Of a stretch of DNA of 64,000 bases, positions 38,513 through 50,776 are shown in pieces (position 1 is the stretch's first letter; every line of letters starts with the position of its first letter). The stretch is from Felis catus (lineage: Eukaryota). Made by a program: the position numbers and the translations under genes. The notes under the pieces are model-generated. The model was not told where the DNA came from and did no database searches. It saw nothing but the letters and a program-made list of their open reading frames with translations. The DNA lies in contig NC_058383.1 of the NCBI RefSeq assembly GCF_018350175.1, positions 28,646,001 through 28,710,000 of the forward strand. Direction: 5' to 3'.

Positions 38513-38723
38513 TTTTTTTTAATGTTTATTTATTTTTGAGAGAGAGAGAGACAGAGTGTGAGCAGGGGAGGGACAGAGAGAGAGGGTGACACAGAATCCA
38601 AAGCATGCTCCAGACTCTGAGCTGTCAGTGCAGAGCCCGATGCGGGGCTCGAACTCACAAACCGTGAGATCGTGACCTGAGCTGAGGCTGGATGCTTAAC
38701 CGACTGAGCCACCCAGGCGCCCC
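38513..38723 (-). mobile_element. Can-SINE
   Basis: TSD tcaaggattt. Confidence 0.95.
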
Positions 38724-38744
38724 TCAAGGATTTGTTTTTTTAAT

Positions 38745-39245
38745 TAACTAAGGTCTATACTTTATTCAGATTTCCTTAGTTTTTACCTAATGTCCTTCAT
38801 CCAGGATAACCACATGACATTTAGTGGTCATGCCTCCTTAGGCTCCTCTTGGATGTGACAGTTTTCCTTGTTTTGGAGGATTTTCCTTGACAGTCTGGAG
38901 GAGTACTCATCAGGTATTTTGAAGAATGCCCTTCAATTCTGATTTGTCCGATATTTTTCTGATCATTAGACTGGGGTCGTGGGTTTGAAAGACAAAGACC
39001 ACAGAAGGAACGGCCATTCTCATCATTTTCTATCAAGGTCACATGTTCTCCAGATGACTCATCAATGCTGACACTGACCTTGAACACCTAGCTGAGCAGT
39101 GTTTGTCGGGTTCCTCCCCCGTGAAGTTATTCTCCCCCTCCCACCCCACTCCTTCCCATACTGTCTTCTTTGGAAGGAAGTTGCCAAGCAAAGCCCACAT
39201 TTACAGGGTGGGAAGTTATGTGCACTTCCTCGAGGGCGGACTATG
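38745..39245 (-). mobile_element. L1MC-type 3' UTR fragment
   Basis: tttattcagatttccttagtttttacctaatgtcc...tccttaggctcctcttgg. Confidence 0.8.
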
Positions 39246-39649
39246 GTATTATTGTCATAATCAGAAGCAAAATATTCCCACATCAGAAGATAAAGAGGGT
39301 CACAGGCCCATGGAGCAAAAGCCAGAATTTCTTGTGCGCCCCAGCTAGGACTGGAGGTGTGGCGAGGGCCAGTTCCCCAGCAATGTTGCAAGACTCACAA
39401 AATCTGAGCATTAAGTCCAAGGTCGGAGGGGGGGTGAGGAACCACATGCAAAAATTAAAAAAAAAAAAAAAAAAGGCACAAAAGCAAGACAAAAGTTCGG
39501 CCAGTTAGTATTGTTTTTCATAGGCCCTGACGTTTTTCATTCTCTCCGGCATCCCTTTTGAATACTCAGAGCTCTGTCCTCTCAGGTGGTCCTTCCTCTG
39601 TGGGGCTCCGGGCCAATGACATGGCTTCATACGTCATTTGATGGCGGTG

Positions 39650-40165
39650 TATTCAACATAACCACCACAAACCAGACCATATTCTAGGAGCCGGCCTACG
39701 GAAATGAAATATCCATCCTCGCAGGGAAGGCGGACAGTAAGCAAGAAGACAGAAGACATCCTTTACGTTGACGGGATTATGCAGTGAGTAAAATGCAGTC
39801 ATGGGCTACCAAGTGACGAACGGGGGACTCCTTCGGACAGTGGGGTCACGGAAGCCACTCTGACAAAGTGACATCCGAGCTGCCGTTGAATGACCAAGAG
39901 GCGCAGGCTTGGGAAGACGGAAGGAAGGATCCCTACGGGCAGATGCAGCTGTAGGTACGGAAGCCCGCAGATGGAAACAAGCTTCATGTTCAAGAACAGA
40001 GAGGAGGCCCACGTGGCTGGAGCAAACTGAGAAAGGAGAGCAGTGCTCTGGGATGCAGAGACAGGAAGGGACCAGAGGACGCCAGGCCTGGAGGTCCTGG
40101 TGGGTTTGATTCCCAGTGGTTGACCCACAGAAGGCCGTTAAGTGGGGGCAGTGAGATCTGATGGT
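39650..40165 (-). mobile_element. L2 fragment
   Basis: aaagtgacatccgagctg, caagaacagagaggaggcccacgtggctggagc. Confidence 0.65.
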
Positions 40166-40167
40166 GG

Positions 40168-40377
40168 GTTTATTTTTTATTTTTTAATTTATATATTTTG
40201 AGAGAGAGACAGAGCGGGTGGGAGAGGGGCGGAGAGAGAGGGAGAGAGAATCCCAAGCAGGCTCCACAACATCCGCACAGAGCCCGACATGGGGCTCGAA
40301 CCCACGAAACCGTGAGATCCTGCCCCGAGCCGAAACCAAGAGTCGGATGCTTAACCGACTGAGCCACCCAGGCGCCC
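40168..40377 (-). mobile_element. Can-SINE
   Basis: Consensus match. Confidence 0.95.
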
Positions 40378-40844
40378 AGAGATGTAATGGTGTTTTTAAG
40401 AGTTGCTGTCTCCTGGGAGAGAGCACACTGTTGAGGGAACAGGCACAACAGACGCTAGACCAGCCTCCTTCTATGGCCTCAGAGGGCTGCTGAGGATTAA
40501 ATGCATCGTAAAGTGTGCAAAGTGCTTAGCCCAGGGCCTGGTCATAGCAAGCGATCGATAAACGCAATAAAATAAAACAAAAGCAATTCCTGCAAATGCA
40601 GTTAGGCAGATGCCTGCTGCTTTTCCCCATTCAGCCACAGCCCACTGGGCAATAACCCGTCCTAAGGATGTTTGCTGAGCGTGGGACAGCCTGGCGGCTG
40701 CTGGTGCCCATCCTGTTCCCTGGACACGGCTGACTGGCAAGGAGGCACGGTGTTTTGGGGGCACACACACACAAAGTGGGGGCGTGGTCTGAAACACCAG
40801 CCCAGGCCCCGGTGAGCCCTGGCGTGTGTCCAGAGGGTTCCCTA

Positions 40845-41655
40845 TGAAGGCTAGCAAAACATGCCATCCCCAGATTTGCCGCTTTGGCCTAACAATTATT
40901 TTGAGCTGGAGGCATTTGAGAAAAAACAAAAGCAAACAAACCAGAAACAAAGAAAGCTCTCTGCCCTGCCCCTACCTACCTAAAAGCAGGACATAAATCT
41001 ATAAAGGTGTCTCCTTCCCCTGGCTATCAGGAAGGGCAGAGGTTAATCACTAGAGACAACTGTAGACCCTTATCAGCACCAGACAAATCTACCAAACAAA
41101 CGCTGCTAAAAATTAGCCCTTATCTACTGTTCATTTTCCCCACACAGTTAGCTTCCCACAATGTACTGCCTAGAAGCTCAAAGTCCCTTTCCTTTGCCTT
41201 GTCACTTCTCTAAAAATTTATGGCTCTTTTGCTAAAATGCTCTATAAGCTCTATACACTTTTTTTTTTTAAGTGTATTTATGTATTTATTTAGAGGCAGG
41301 GAAGGGCAGGGAGAGAGGGAGAAAGAATTCCAAGCAGGCTCTGCGGGGGTCAGTGAGCAGAGCCTGATGTGGGGCTCGAACCCACGAACCATGAGATCAC
41401 GACCTGAGCTGAAACCAGGAGTCGGACGCTTAATCGACGACACCACCCAGGTGTCCCATAAGCCCAAATTCTGACCACTACCGTGAGTTAGTTACTCATC
41501 ACAGGGTGCTCCCTTGTGTACGCGCGATGCACATGTTAATAAACTTCTGTTCGTTTCTCTCTGGATGATCTATCTTTTGCCAGTCTAAATTATAGGGCCC
41601 CAGCCCAGGACCCTAATTTGGGCAGAGGAAAAAGATTTTATTTTCTTTCCCTACA
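40845..41655 (+). mobile_element. MER34-like ERV1 solo LTR with a nested SINE
   Basis: TG...CA ends, flanks ccta/cctg, ttattttgagctggaggcatttgag, aataaa signal near 41538. Confidence 0.85.
41258..41457 (-). mobile_element. Can-SINE
   Basis: Consensus match. Confidence 0.9.
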
Positions 41656-42418
41656 CCTGCGTGGCATCTCTCAAAGTGGGTGCCAGTAACTGAGGGCCAC
41701 AGTCTGGGTTCAGCAAAGGCTGGGGGAATAGGTGCTGAATCTGGAATGGGTCTTATACAGGGCGTAAAAAAAACGGGGTGGGAACGAAGTGTACCATGGG
41801 TAAACTTGAGGTGATAAAAGGTATTTGGGTAATGTTAGGAACAGCTAAACTCCGCGGTGTGGAGATCAGAATACACTGTCAACGACACCCGTGAACCTGG
41901 AAAAGTCCGATATGAATCATGGAGAGCCACGTCAGGGAACGGCTATTTTGAGCCCAGCTAGAGAGTTGGGCTCTGTCTGCCTTTACTGAGAGGGATGAGT
42001 GGCTGAGCCAGGCTGTTAGCTATTCAAGTCACTGCTTCCCCCCAACGGAACTTCAATCAACTGAGGGCTAGGAGTCTAGGCCACCTATAGCTCATAGCTC
42101 AAACCTGCCATCGCACGGATCCTGAGAGCAGAGCCTTCATGGAAGGGGGAAGAACCGAGAGATGGACAGAAACAAATGAGGGACTTGGAAACCCTGGATC
42201 AACCGCTTCTAGAGAAATACAACCTAGTGCCTCCCCTTTTTGCTTAAACAGCTCCGGTGGTGTTGTGTACAACCAGGAGAGTTGCACAAACACTCCACAT
42301 CCTTTTAGGAGAAGGATGGGAGAAGGGAGGGAGGAGGAGCAGAGCTGTGGATCAAAGGGCCGTCCCAGTGTCTCCCGCCTGCCTTCAGTCACCATGCCCA
42401 CACGACCATCTCCTCAAG

Positions 42419-42745
42419 CTGGGTCTGCAAACTACAGCCCGCGGGCCAGATCTAGCCCACTGCTGTTTTCGCGTAGCCTGTGAGCTAAAAATGGCTTTTA
42501 CATTTTTCAAATTGTTGGGGTGGGGGTTCAAAAGAAAAGAACTAGATCGTGACAAGCGAAAATTACAGAAACTTCAAATTTCAGCGTCCATAAATAAAGC
42601 TTTATTGGAACATAGGCATGCTCGTTTGTTTATGTACTGTCTCTGGCTGCGTGCACAGAGTTGGATGGTTGGGACAGAGACCATATGGCTTCAAAGACAC
42701 AAATATTTACTATTAGCCCTTTCAGAAAAGGTTTGCAAAACCCTG
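42419..42745 (+). mobile_element. MER58B hAT-Charlie element
   Basis: gcaaactacagcccgcgggccagatctagccc...tcaaatttcagcgtccataaataaag...aaggtttgcaaaaccctg. Confidence 0.85.
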
Positions 42746-43184
42746 TCCAAAGGGTCCTTTAGACACCTAGGAAAAGTGATTCTGTAACTTGTCTTTTATA
42801 AAGTAGGATATTAAAGGTTTTAGTTTCCAAACTTATTATGTTGATGAACTTGGTAAAAACCAGTTGGTCTTTCTTGCCAGGTAAAATGAGCAAAATAGCT
42901 AATCATTTCTATTAATTTGTTTAGAAGGAATCCCCATTCAAGTTTTAAGGTTGTAAACTGAATGTATATCTAGAATTTAAATAGTAATCCCAAAGACAAC
43001 AGCAATTATATATTCAATTGAATACATATAAATAATATATATAAATATATATATTTATAAATATAAATAAATGGTTATTTAGCCCAATTTTTCCATAATC
43101 ACAAAACTTCTCTAACACTATTTTTTCATAATCTGATAAATAATCCAAGCCATAGTTGAAATAAACTTTTCAGTAAGAATAATA

Positions 43185-43625
43185 GCTATTATTTATTAAG
43201 CCTTTACTATTTGCCAGGCAGAATTCTGAGCATTTTCTTATTATTTTTTTTAAATGTTTGTTTATTTTTGAGAGAGAGAGTGTGGAAGCGGGGTAGGAGC
43301 AGGGAGAGAGGGAGACACAGAATCTGAAGCAGGTTCCAGGCTCTGAGCTGTCAGCACAGAGCCTGACGCAAGGCTCAAACTCATGAACCGCGAGATCATG
43401 ACCTGAGCCGAAGTCGGATACTTAACTGACTGAACCACCCAGGCCCCCAAGTTTTACTTACAGTAACACATTTAATGGTCCCAATGAACATATCAGGTAG
43501 GTACTAACATCATACCCTAATACATAAGAAAACTAAGACATAGAGGCAGACTAAGTATTTTGCCTAAGGTCACATGTAGCCAACAAATACTAGGTCTAGG
43601 ATTCAAAGCCCAGGAACCTGGCCCC
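43185..43625 (-). mobile_element. MIR split by a Can-SINE
   Basis: tactatttgccaggca...ttgcctaaggtcaca...ggattcaaagccca. Confidence 0.7.
43243..43448 (-). mobile_element. Can-SINE
   Basis: Consensus match. Confidence 0.95.
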
Positions 43626-43740
43626 CTGAACTGGGCTATGCTATATTTATCTCAGCTCTATTTAAAAGAGGTGAAGGTAACAAAATATCACTGTCTTTGA
43701 AATTTAATTAGTCACACAACACAGTTGACCCCAGAAAAAC

Positions 43741-43852
43741 ACATAGATATCTAGATAGATACATAGATACACAGATAGATACATAGATACACAGATAGTT
43801 ACATAGATAGATCTGTTGGGTTTCTGTTTCTCTGGAGAATCCTAAATGATAC
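43741..43852 (+). mobile_element. MLT2 LTR 3' end with TAGA-like repeat
   Basis: (taga/taca)n then ttctgtttctctggagaatcctaa. Confidence 0.6.
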
Positions 43853-44148
43853 CAGCCTAGACTCCTTGAACAGTATCTCCTTTTGCCTAAATCGAACGGG
43901 TTTCGATTCCCTACCCGATTAAGAGCAGAACAGTCTTCCAATTTTTATATTCTCCGAATCATCAGCATAGGCCGTTCAAATAATGGATTTTTCTGGGTTT
44001 CTAATTATTCCCTCGGTTGTGCACTAACTAGGCCAGCTCCCAAAGTTGCTGATTTGCAGGTGGGGAGACTAGTTGACTTTGCCTAAAATGGATAATCTGG
44101 GAGTCAGCAAATTGGTTTAGGTTTTCTGGTGGATGTTTGTTTACTTAC

Positions 44149-44188
44149 CTTCTCTCTTCCTGAGAAGGAAACAAATACCCTGCCCCAT
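44149..44188 (-). CDS. Candidate alternative first coding exon (MGQGICFLLRKRE + 1 nt), in frame with BMERB1 exon 2
   Basis: gaaaATGg Kozak context, 40 nt to a perfect AAG|GTAAGT donor, phase 1 matching the exon 2 acceptor. Prediction only. Confidence 0.4.
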
Positions 44189-44194
44189 TTTCCT

Positions 44195-44310
44195 CCAGCG
44201 GAAGAGCCGGAAGTGACAGTTTATACTTGGGACGGAGCCGGGGGAAGATGAACAGCGTCTCAGAACCAATTACTGAAATGACCAGAAGGGATGTCAACTG
44301 AATGCATAAT
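44195..44310 (-). promoter_or_regulatory. Candidate internal promoter
   Basis: CGGAAG (44199-44204) and CCGGAAGTG (44207-44215) ETS motifs, minus-strand TATAAA (44220-44225), CCAAT (44266-44270), ATGCATAAT (44302-44310), several retained CpGs in non-repeat DNA. Confidence 0.35.
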
Positions 44311-44584
44311 TTCCTCCTAAGTCCCATTTCTCAAGGTAGAAATGCTTCAGACATAATCCGAACACTTTTCTGCAGAGATTAAGCGAGTGGGATGGAAAAA
44401 GAAGCAGAGCAATGGCTTCCCAGGGCTGGTAGTAATTGGCCTTCAAATGGGTGTGATGGTCCCCTGTATAGATGGACAGTGTGAAGTCCTGAATGGCCAG
44501 GAGATTTGCTAACTGACAGCAAGGTCAGAATCAGGCCTCTGGCCTCCAGGTTCAGCTCTGCAAGCCCAGTGACCTTTGCATGAT

Positions 44585-45085
44585 GTCTTTCTTTTGCCCC
44601 CCAGCCAGCATCCATTTCCTGATTTTCCTTTGGGAGGCTGGGCATGTGATCCAGAGCCTGGCCCATCAAAATATTCCACTACCCCCTCTTTCCTTCTCTC
44701 CTGTCACAGTAATTGGTTCAAGTTGGCAAATTACCCCAGTTGGAACAATGAGAGCCAGTCCCAGGACTTTTAGTGAAACTATTGGAGAGGACAACTCTTT
44801 CTGTGCTGGAATCACCAGCTGATGGGTAATGTAAGCTAGGAGCTGTTGGCATCACCACATGAAAAGAACCTTTCTGAGAGTGAAGCCAACACTGGTAGGT
44901 GCATAATAAAGAGAAGATGAAAAAGACTCAGTCCTATTGATCCAGGACTGAAATGATCTGTTTCTGAACCCCTGGATCTAGCCATGCCTGAAGCCAACTC
45001 AGTCTGTTCATAAGCCAATAATCTCTTTGCTTAGCTTGAGCCAGTTGAGTTAGCTTTATTGCTTGGACCTGAGAGCCCTGAGTGG
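44585..45085 (+). mobile_element. MLT1J/K-like old MaLR LTR
   Basis: cccctggatctagccatgcctgaagcca...cttgagccagttgagtt. Confidence 0.75.
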
Positions 45086-45184
45086 TGGCAACTGTCATCC
45101 TACAGCCTGCAGGGCTGGCCAGTTCCTGCCCTGCACATTTCAAATACCTGGCAATGACCAGCAGGCTGAAGGTGACAATGGCCA

Positions 45185-45750
45185 TTCTTGCATGCACAGT
45201 TTAGTGAGCACCTACTACATGCCAGACACTGGGCCCAATGCTCCAGACACAGAGGTGAACAAGACAGACCCACTCTCCATCCCCACAGAGGTCAAAGAGA
45301 GACGACAGAGTCACCTATTACAACAGAGTAAGTATGTGTTTTGGCAGAGGGAAGCATCAAGATGTTTCCTAGTTTAGGGGTCAGATACGTGTCCCTGAGG
45401 AACTGACCTTTCATCCGACGCTCAAAGAATGAGTGAGCTGTGCGAGAGGAAAGGAGAACACAGGGAGAGTGGGAAAGGGGGGAAGAGAAGAAGACAACTA
45501 TACGTAAAGATCAAACAACAAGAAAAAGGGAAGATAGCTGAGGATTTGAGCTAGGAACTGGCAAGAGACAAGGCTGGGGGTTCCTTGCTCTTCCTTATCT
45601 GCAGGCCTGTTAACTATACTTCTAAAACATATCCCCAATCCGTCCATTTCACACCATCTCGTTGCCCCATCATCAAGCAACTGCTAGAGCCACATGGTTG
45701 CAGTCTTGAACCCGTACAATCCATCCATCACACGGCAGCCAGGGAGGGGC
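45185..45750. mobile_element. L2 fragments (minus then plus)
   Basis: gagcacctactacatgccagacactg; caatccatccatcacacggcagccag. Confidence 0.65.
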
Positions 45751-46249
45751 AGTAGGGAGCCACCGAAAGTACATGAGCCGAGAAGGGGCATGCTCTTCCT
45801 AGGACAGGGTCTCTACTTTGCCCACAGAAGAGACCGTCTTTAGCTATCTCTAAATTGGGGGCCCTGAAGTTATTTTCTGGATGTGCAGTCACACCACCAG
45901 TAGACTTTCCTGCAAGAGCATCCCAGAGGGATCCTGCCCGTGTCGGCAAAGCCATCCAGGCTGCTCTGAGTCAATGTGCAGTGAGTAATGACTTGTCAGA
46001 GTTCTGGGTCTTCCTTGAACTCTTCAGCCACCCAGGCAGGGAACTTGCTCAGGCCTGCTGCACTTCCGATCGGTTCAGCAAAGTGTGTTCACGGCTTCCT
46101 TTGTGGAGGAACCACTTGGCAGAGGTCAGGGGCTGGGGGGAGGGGGTGGAGACACGCGACAATGTCCTGGGGCCAACCCCACGGAGAGAGAGAAATTCAC
46201 GAGGCAAAGGAGGAAAAGCAAGGAGAAAAACTAGTTCCGACGTCAGAAA

Positions 46250-46521
46250 AGCGAATATGGTGAGGGAGGCCAGACTCCAAAGGCCACATATTGTATGACT
46301 CCATTCCTAGGCAACATCCCGAACAGGCAAGTCCCCAGAGGCAGGAGTAGTTCAGGACAGGGATATACTGGAAGTGATGGGCTTCCGTTTGAGGTGACAC
46401 AAACGGTTTGCAACCAGGCAGAGGTGACGACTGCATGACCTCGTGAATGTACTAAATACCCTGAACGATACACCGGGTAATGGTTAACCTTATGCTTTGC
46501 GACTTTTGCTTCGATTTAAAA
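46250..46521 (+). mobile_element. L1MB-type 3' UTR end
   Basis: aaaggccacatattgtatgactccatt...gtgaatgtactaaat. Confidence 0.8.
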
Positions 46522-46914
46522 GCAACACAAAGAAAAGAAAAAGGGGGCAAGGACATAACTCTAGCCAGGAAGATACCAAAGATTTCACACAGGCTGTGGC
46601 ATTGGAGCTGGATCCTGACCGACGGTTTGGGTCTTGTCCTACAGACGTCAGCAGGCAGGAAGAAGGTGAAAGACGTTTGCTGGACATTGGTTATGCTCAG
46701 GGCAAGCCTTCCAAGAAGGACATAATACATTGCCCTATTTTAGAGATGGGGAAGGGAGGCCCAGAAAGGGAAATAAGCTAAGTCAGGTTGCACAGCTGGT
46801 GAGTAGCAGGGAGCGGAGATCAAAGTCAGGCTTGTCTCGCCCTGAGCTGGGTTGAGCTGCCTTCTACAGAAGGGCGTGTACACTCAGAATTCTCCTTTAA
46901 ATTAATTTATCCAA

Positions 46915-47130
46915 GGGGCGTCAGGGTGGTTCAGTCGGTTAGGCGTCCGACTCTTGGATTCAGCTCTGGTCATGATCTCGCGGTTTCTTTGGGTTCGAGC
47001 CCCACATCAGCCTCTGCGCTTGATGGTGTGGAGCCCATTTGGGATTCTTTCTCTCCCTTTCTCTCTGCCCCTCCCCCACTTGTGCGGTCTTTGTCTCTCT
47101 CAAAATAAATAAATAAATAAACTTTAAAAA
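46915..47130 (+). mobile_element. Can-SINE
   Basis: TSD aaattaatt; a second SINE head of about 19 nt follows at 47141. Confidence 0.93.
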
Positions 47131-47162
47131 ATTAATTAATGGGGCACGTGGGTGGCTCATAT

Positions 47163-47284
47163 GAGGTGTCTCTCATATATATATGTGTGTGTATATATAT
47201 ATATTCTCATATATATGTGTGTGTGTATATATATATTTGAGAATATATATATGAGAATATATGTGTGTGTGTACATATATATAT

Positions 47285-47325
<41 letters not shown>

Positions 47326-47338
47326 TATATATACACAT
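47163..47338. repeat. Complex (TA)/(TG)/(CA) repeat abutting a minus-strand L1 fragment (about 47340-47407)
   Basis: Directly visible. Confidence 0.9.
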
Positions 47339-47651
47339 AACACTTCTTCTTTATCCATTCATCTATCAATGGACACTTGGGCTGCTTCCATAATTTGGCT
47401 ATTGTAGCTTTAATAGCCTTCTCAGATTATTGAGGATATTCTTATTTTCCACCACACCAAAACTCAAGTAGTATCTTCAAGGGTAGCTGCACTGTGGAAT
47501 CTGAACCTGTTAGCAATGAACTTTTTATAGGAAAATCCATTCGTCTGTTACAGGAAAATCCATTGGTCGGTCTTACTCTTTGAAGAGATCTTTTAACCAG
47601 GCATAATTTAGTAATACCATACATTGGTCACTTAGAAAATATTGGTTCACT

Positions 47652-47849
47652 GGGGCACCTGGGTGGCTCAGTTGGTTAAGCGTTCAACTTTGGCTCAGGT
47701 CGTGATCTCCCCGTTCACCAGTTCGAGCCCTGCGTCGGGCTCAGAGCCCCGACGTTGCTTTGGAGTCTGTGTCTCCCTCTCTCTCTCTGCGTCTCCCCCA
47801 CTCATGCTCTGTCTCTCTCTCTTTCAACAATAAATAAACATTAAAAAAA
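47652..47849 (+). mobile_element. Can-SINE
   Basis: TSD gaaaata(t/c)tggttca(c/t)tg. Confidence 0.93.
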
Positions 47850-48387
47850 GAGAAAATACTGGTTCATTGAGTTACACGAATCCCTAAATTTTGACACATT
47901 TCATCACAAAAATCACACGAATTCACATTCCTACCAACCTCATCAGAAAAGTCTTGGACTGGGAAGCTGTCAAGCTCATGGGAACAGATTCAAGTTTTCC
48001 AAAATCATAATCATCTATTGAAAGCTCAAGTTGTATCACTGGCAACAAACACTGTCAGTTGTTTCCCTTAAAGTGAGAGGCTCGCTTCATTCACTTTTGC
48101 GAAACTATCGGCAAACACCCAAGCCTTGAAAACTGTCAGTTATTCCTTTATGTAAAAATGGCATTCTATACCTAAGTAAATAAATAAATAAAAAGAAAAA
48201 AATAGAAAATAAAAAGCAGCGAGTTCAGTACAAACAACTGTAGTGCTTTGCCTTCGGAATACACAAAAGTGATTTGTACGTACTTCCCATCCGGCACCCA
48301 GAATATTTAAAAGACATACAACTCAAGGGTCAAGAGTCCAAAAAATTAATAATTTTTATTGTTTCATCACGAACATTCTTTTAAAAT

Positions 48388-48571
48388 ATTTATTTTTGAG
48401 AGAGCACCGGCAGGGTAGGGGCAGAGAGAGGGGGACACACAGAATCGGACACAGGCTCCAGGCTCTGAGCTGTCAGCCCAGAGTCCAATGCGGGGCTCAA
48501 ACTCGTGAACTGTGAGATCATGACCTGAGCTGAAGTCAGTCGCTTAACCAACTGAGCCACCCAGGCACCCC
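48388..48571 (-). mobile_element. Can-SINE
   Basis: TSD gaacattctt. Confidence 0.93.
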
Positions 48572-48696
48572 TCATTGAGAACATTCTTAAGTGAAACTGA
48601 TGTTTGTTTTTAACTGTGAGCGCATGACAGCAAAGAACATAATGATTACTCAGAGTTCGGTTCAGACTTAAGTCCTAATACATCAATAATTACTTA

Positions 48697-48860
48697 GGGG
48701 CATGTGGGTGGCTCAATCGGTTGAGCATCCGACTCTTGATTTTGGCTCATGGTTCATGGGATCGGGCCCCATGTCGGGCTCTGCGCTGACTACATGGAAC
48801 CTGCTTGGGATTCTCTGTCTCCCTTTCACTCTTCCCTTTTCCCACTCATGTGCGCACGCG
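48697..48860 (+). mobile_element. Can-SINE ending in a (TG)n run (about 48872-48906) instead of poly-A
   Basis: Head consensus; tail replaced by microsatellite. Confidence 0.85.
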
Positions 48861-48863
48861 TGT

Positions 48864-48908
<45 letters not shown>

Positions 48909-49576
48909 CCAGCTTCTACAAGAAGCTCAGTTTAAATATGACAGTATAGGCAGATTGAAAATAAAATGACAAGAAAAGGTATATAAATATCAATTGGAAG
49001 AAAGAAGGAGTGGCTATACTAGAATCAGATAAAGTAGACATCAGGGCACAGAAAAGTGCAACAGGGACGATATATAATTATAGAAGGGTCAGTCCATCAA
49101 GAAGATACAGCAATCCTGTTTATGCACCAAATGACAAAGCCTCAAGATACATGATGCAGGCTGACAAAGCGGAAAGAAGGAACAGGTCCACAGTTATAGT
49201 TGGGGACTTCAATACTCCACGGTCAGCAATTGATGGGGCTACTAGACAGGAAAGCAGCAAAGGTACACAATAAGTAAACAGCTCTACCAAGGAACTCAGT
49301 GTACTTGACATTTATGGAACCCTCCACCCAACAACAGTAGAACACACTTTTCCCCCAAGTGCCTATGGAACACTGATCAAGATAGACCGTATCCCTGGCC
49401 CCAAGACCAAATTTAACAAATTTAAAACAATTGAAATAATACAAGTTGTATTCTCTGGTCATAATGGAATCAAACAAGAAAAAGCTCCCAATGCTTGGAA
49501 ATTAAACAATGTACTTCTAAATAATCCTTGCTTCAAAAAAGAAGTCTCAAAGGAAATTTAAAAAAGAAGAACCAAA

Positions 49577-49813
49577 TTTATTTATTTACTTATTTTTAAA
49601 TGTATGTTTATTTTTGAGAGAGAGAGAGAGAGAGAGCGCACGTGTGAACAATCAGGGAAAGGGCAGAGAGAGAGAAGGACACAGAATCCAAAGCAGGCTC
49701 CAGGCTCGGAGCTGTCAGCACAGAGCCCAGTGCAGGGCTCAAACTCTTGAACTGTGAGATCATGACCTGAGCCAAAGTCAGCTGCTTAACCGACTGAGCC
49801 ATCCAGGCACCCC
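49577..49813 (-). mobile_element. Can-SINE
   Basis: TSD aagaagaaccaaattta. Confidence 0.95.
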
Positions 49814-50234
49814 AAGAAGAACCAAATTTAGATGAAAATACAATATATCAACATATATGGAATGCAGCAAAGACAGTACAGAGAGGGAGATTTATAGCAC
49901 GAAAATGCCCACGTTACAAAAGAGAAAGGTCTCAAATCAATAATCTAAGTTCTTGTCTCAAGAAACTAAAAAAAGGATAGCAAAATAAACCCAAAGAATG
50001 CAGAAGGAAGGAAATAATAAAGAGTAGAATCAGGGAAACCAAAACCATGAAAACAATAGAGAAAAATCAATGACAAAAAATCTAATTCTTAAAGTAACAA
50101 GAACAAAGTTGATAAGACTCTAGCAAGACTGACACGGATAAAAAGAAGATACAAATCACTAGTATGAGGAATGAAACAAGGCATAGCTCTACAGATCCTA
50201 CAGCCACTAAAAGGATGATGGTGGGGGGCAGGCA

Positions 50235-50428
50235 GGGGCGCCTGGGTGGCTCAGTCAGTTGAGAGGCCGACTTTGGCTCAGGTCTCGATCTCACGGTTCA
50301 TGGGTTCGAGCCCCGAGTCAGGCTCTGTGCTGACAGCTCAGAGCCTGGAGCCTGTTTCAGACTCTGTGTCTCCCCCTCTCTCTGCCCCTCCCCCACTCAT
50401 GCTCTCTCAAAAATAAACATTTTTTAAA
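50235..50428 (+). mobile_element. Can-SINE
   Basis: TSD aaaaggatgat. Confidence 0.95.
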
Positions 50429-50776
50429 AAGGATGATAAGGGAATACTCCAAACAACTTGACACTCAGAAACTTGATCACTTAGAAGCAGCATAGAAGAA
50501 TTCGGCAGTTTCTTACAAAGCTAAATACGTGTTTCCGTGTGGCTCAGTAATTGCACTCTTGGGTATCTACCTCAGAGAAATGAAAACTTATATTCACACA
50601 AAAAATTGGATGAGCGTTCAAAGCAGTTTTATTCATAAGCCCCAAACTGGAAATGATCCAGGTATCCTTCAATGGGTGAAACACACTGTGGTACACCCAT
50701 TCAATGGACTACTACCCAATTACAAAAAGGAGTGAATGATTGATACATACAATTTGGATAGATTTTTTAAAAAAAA

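Larger units (their letters stand above)
47410..48665 (-). mobile_element. Charlie1-type hAT transposase fossil split by two SINEs
   Basis: tgtggaatctgaa, gggaagctgtcaagctca, ggcaacaaacactgtcagttg, acattcttaagtgaaactg. Confidence 0.85.
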
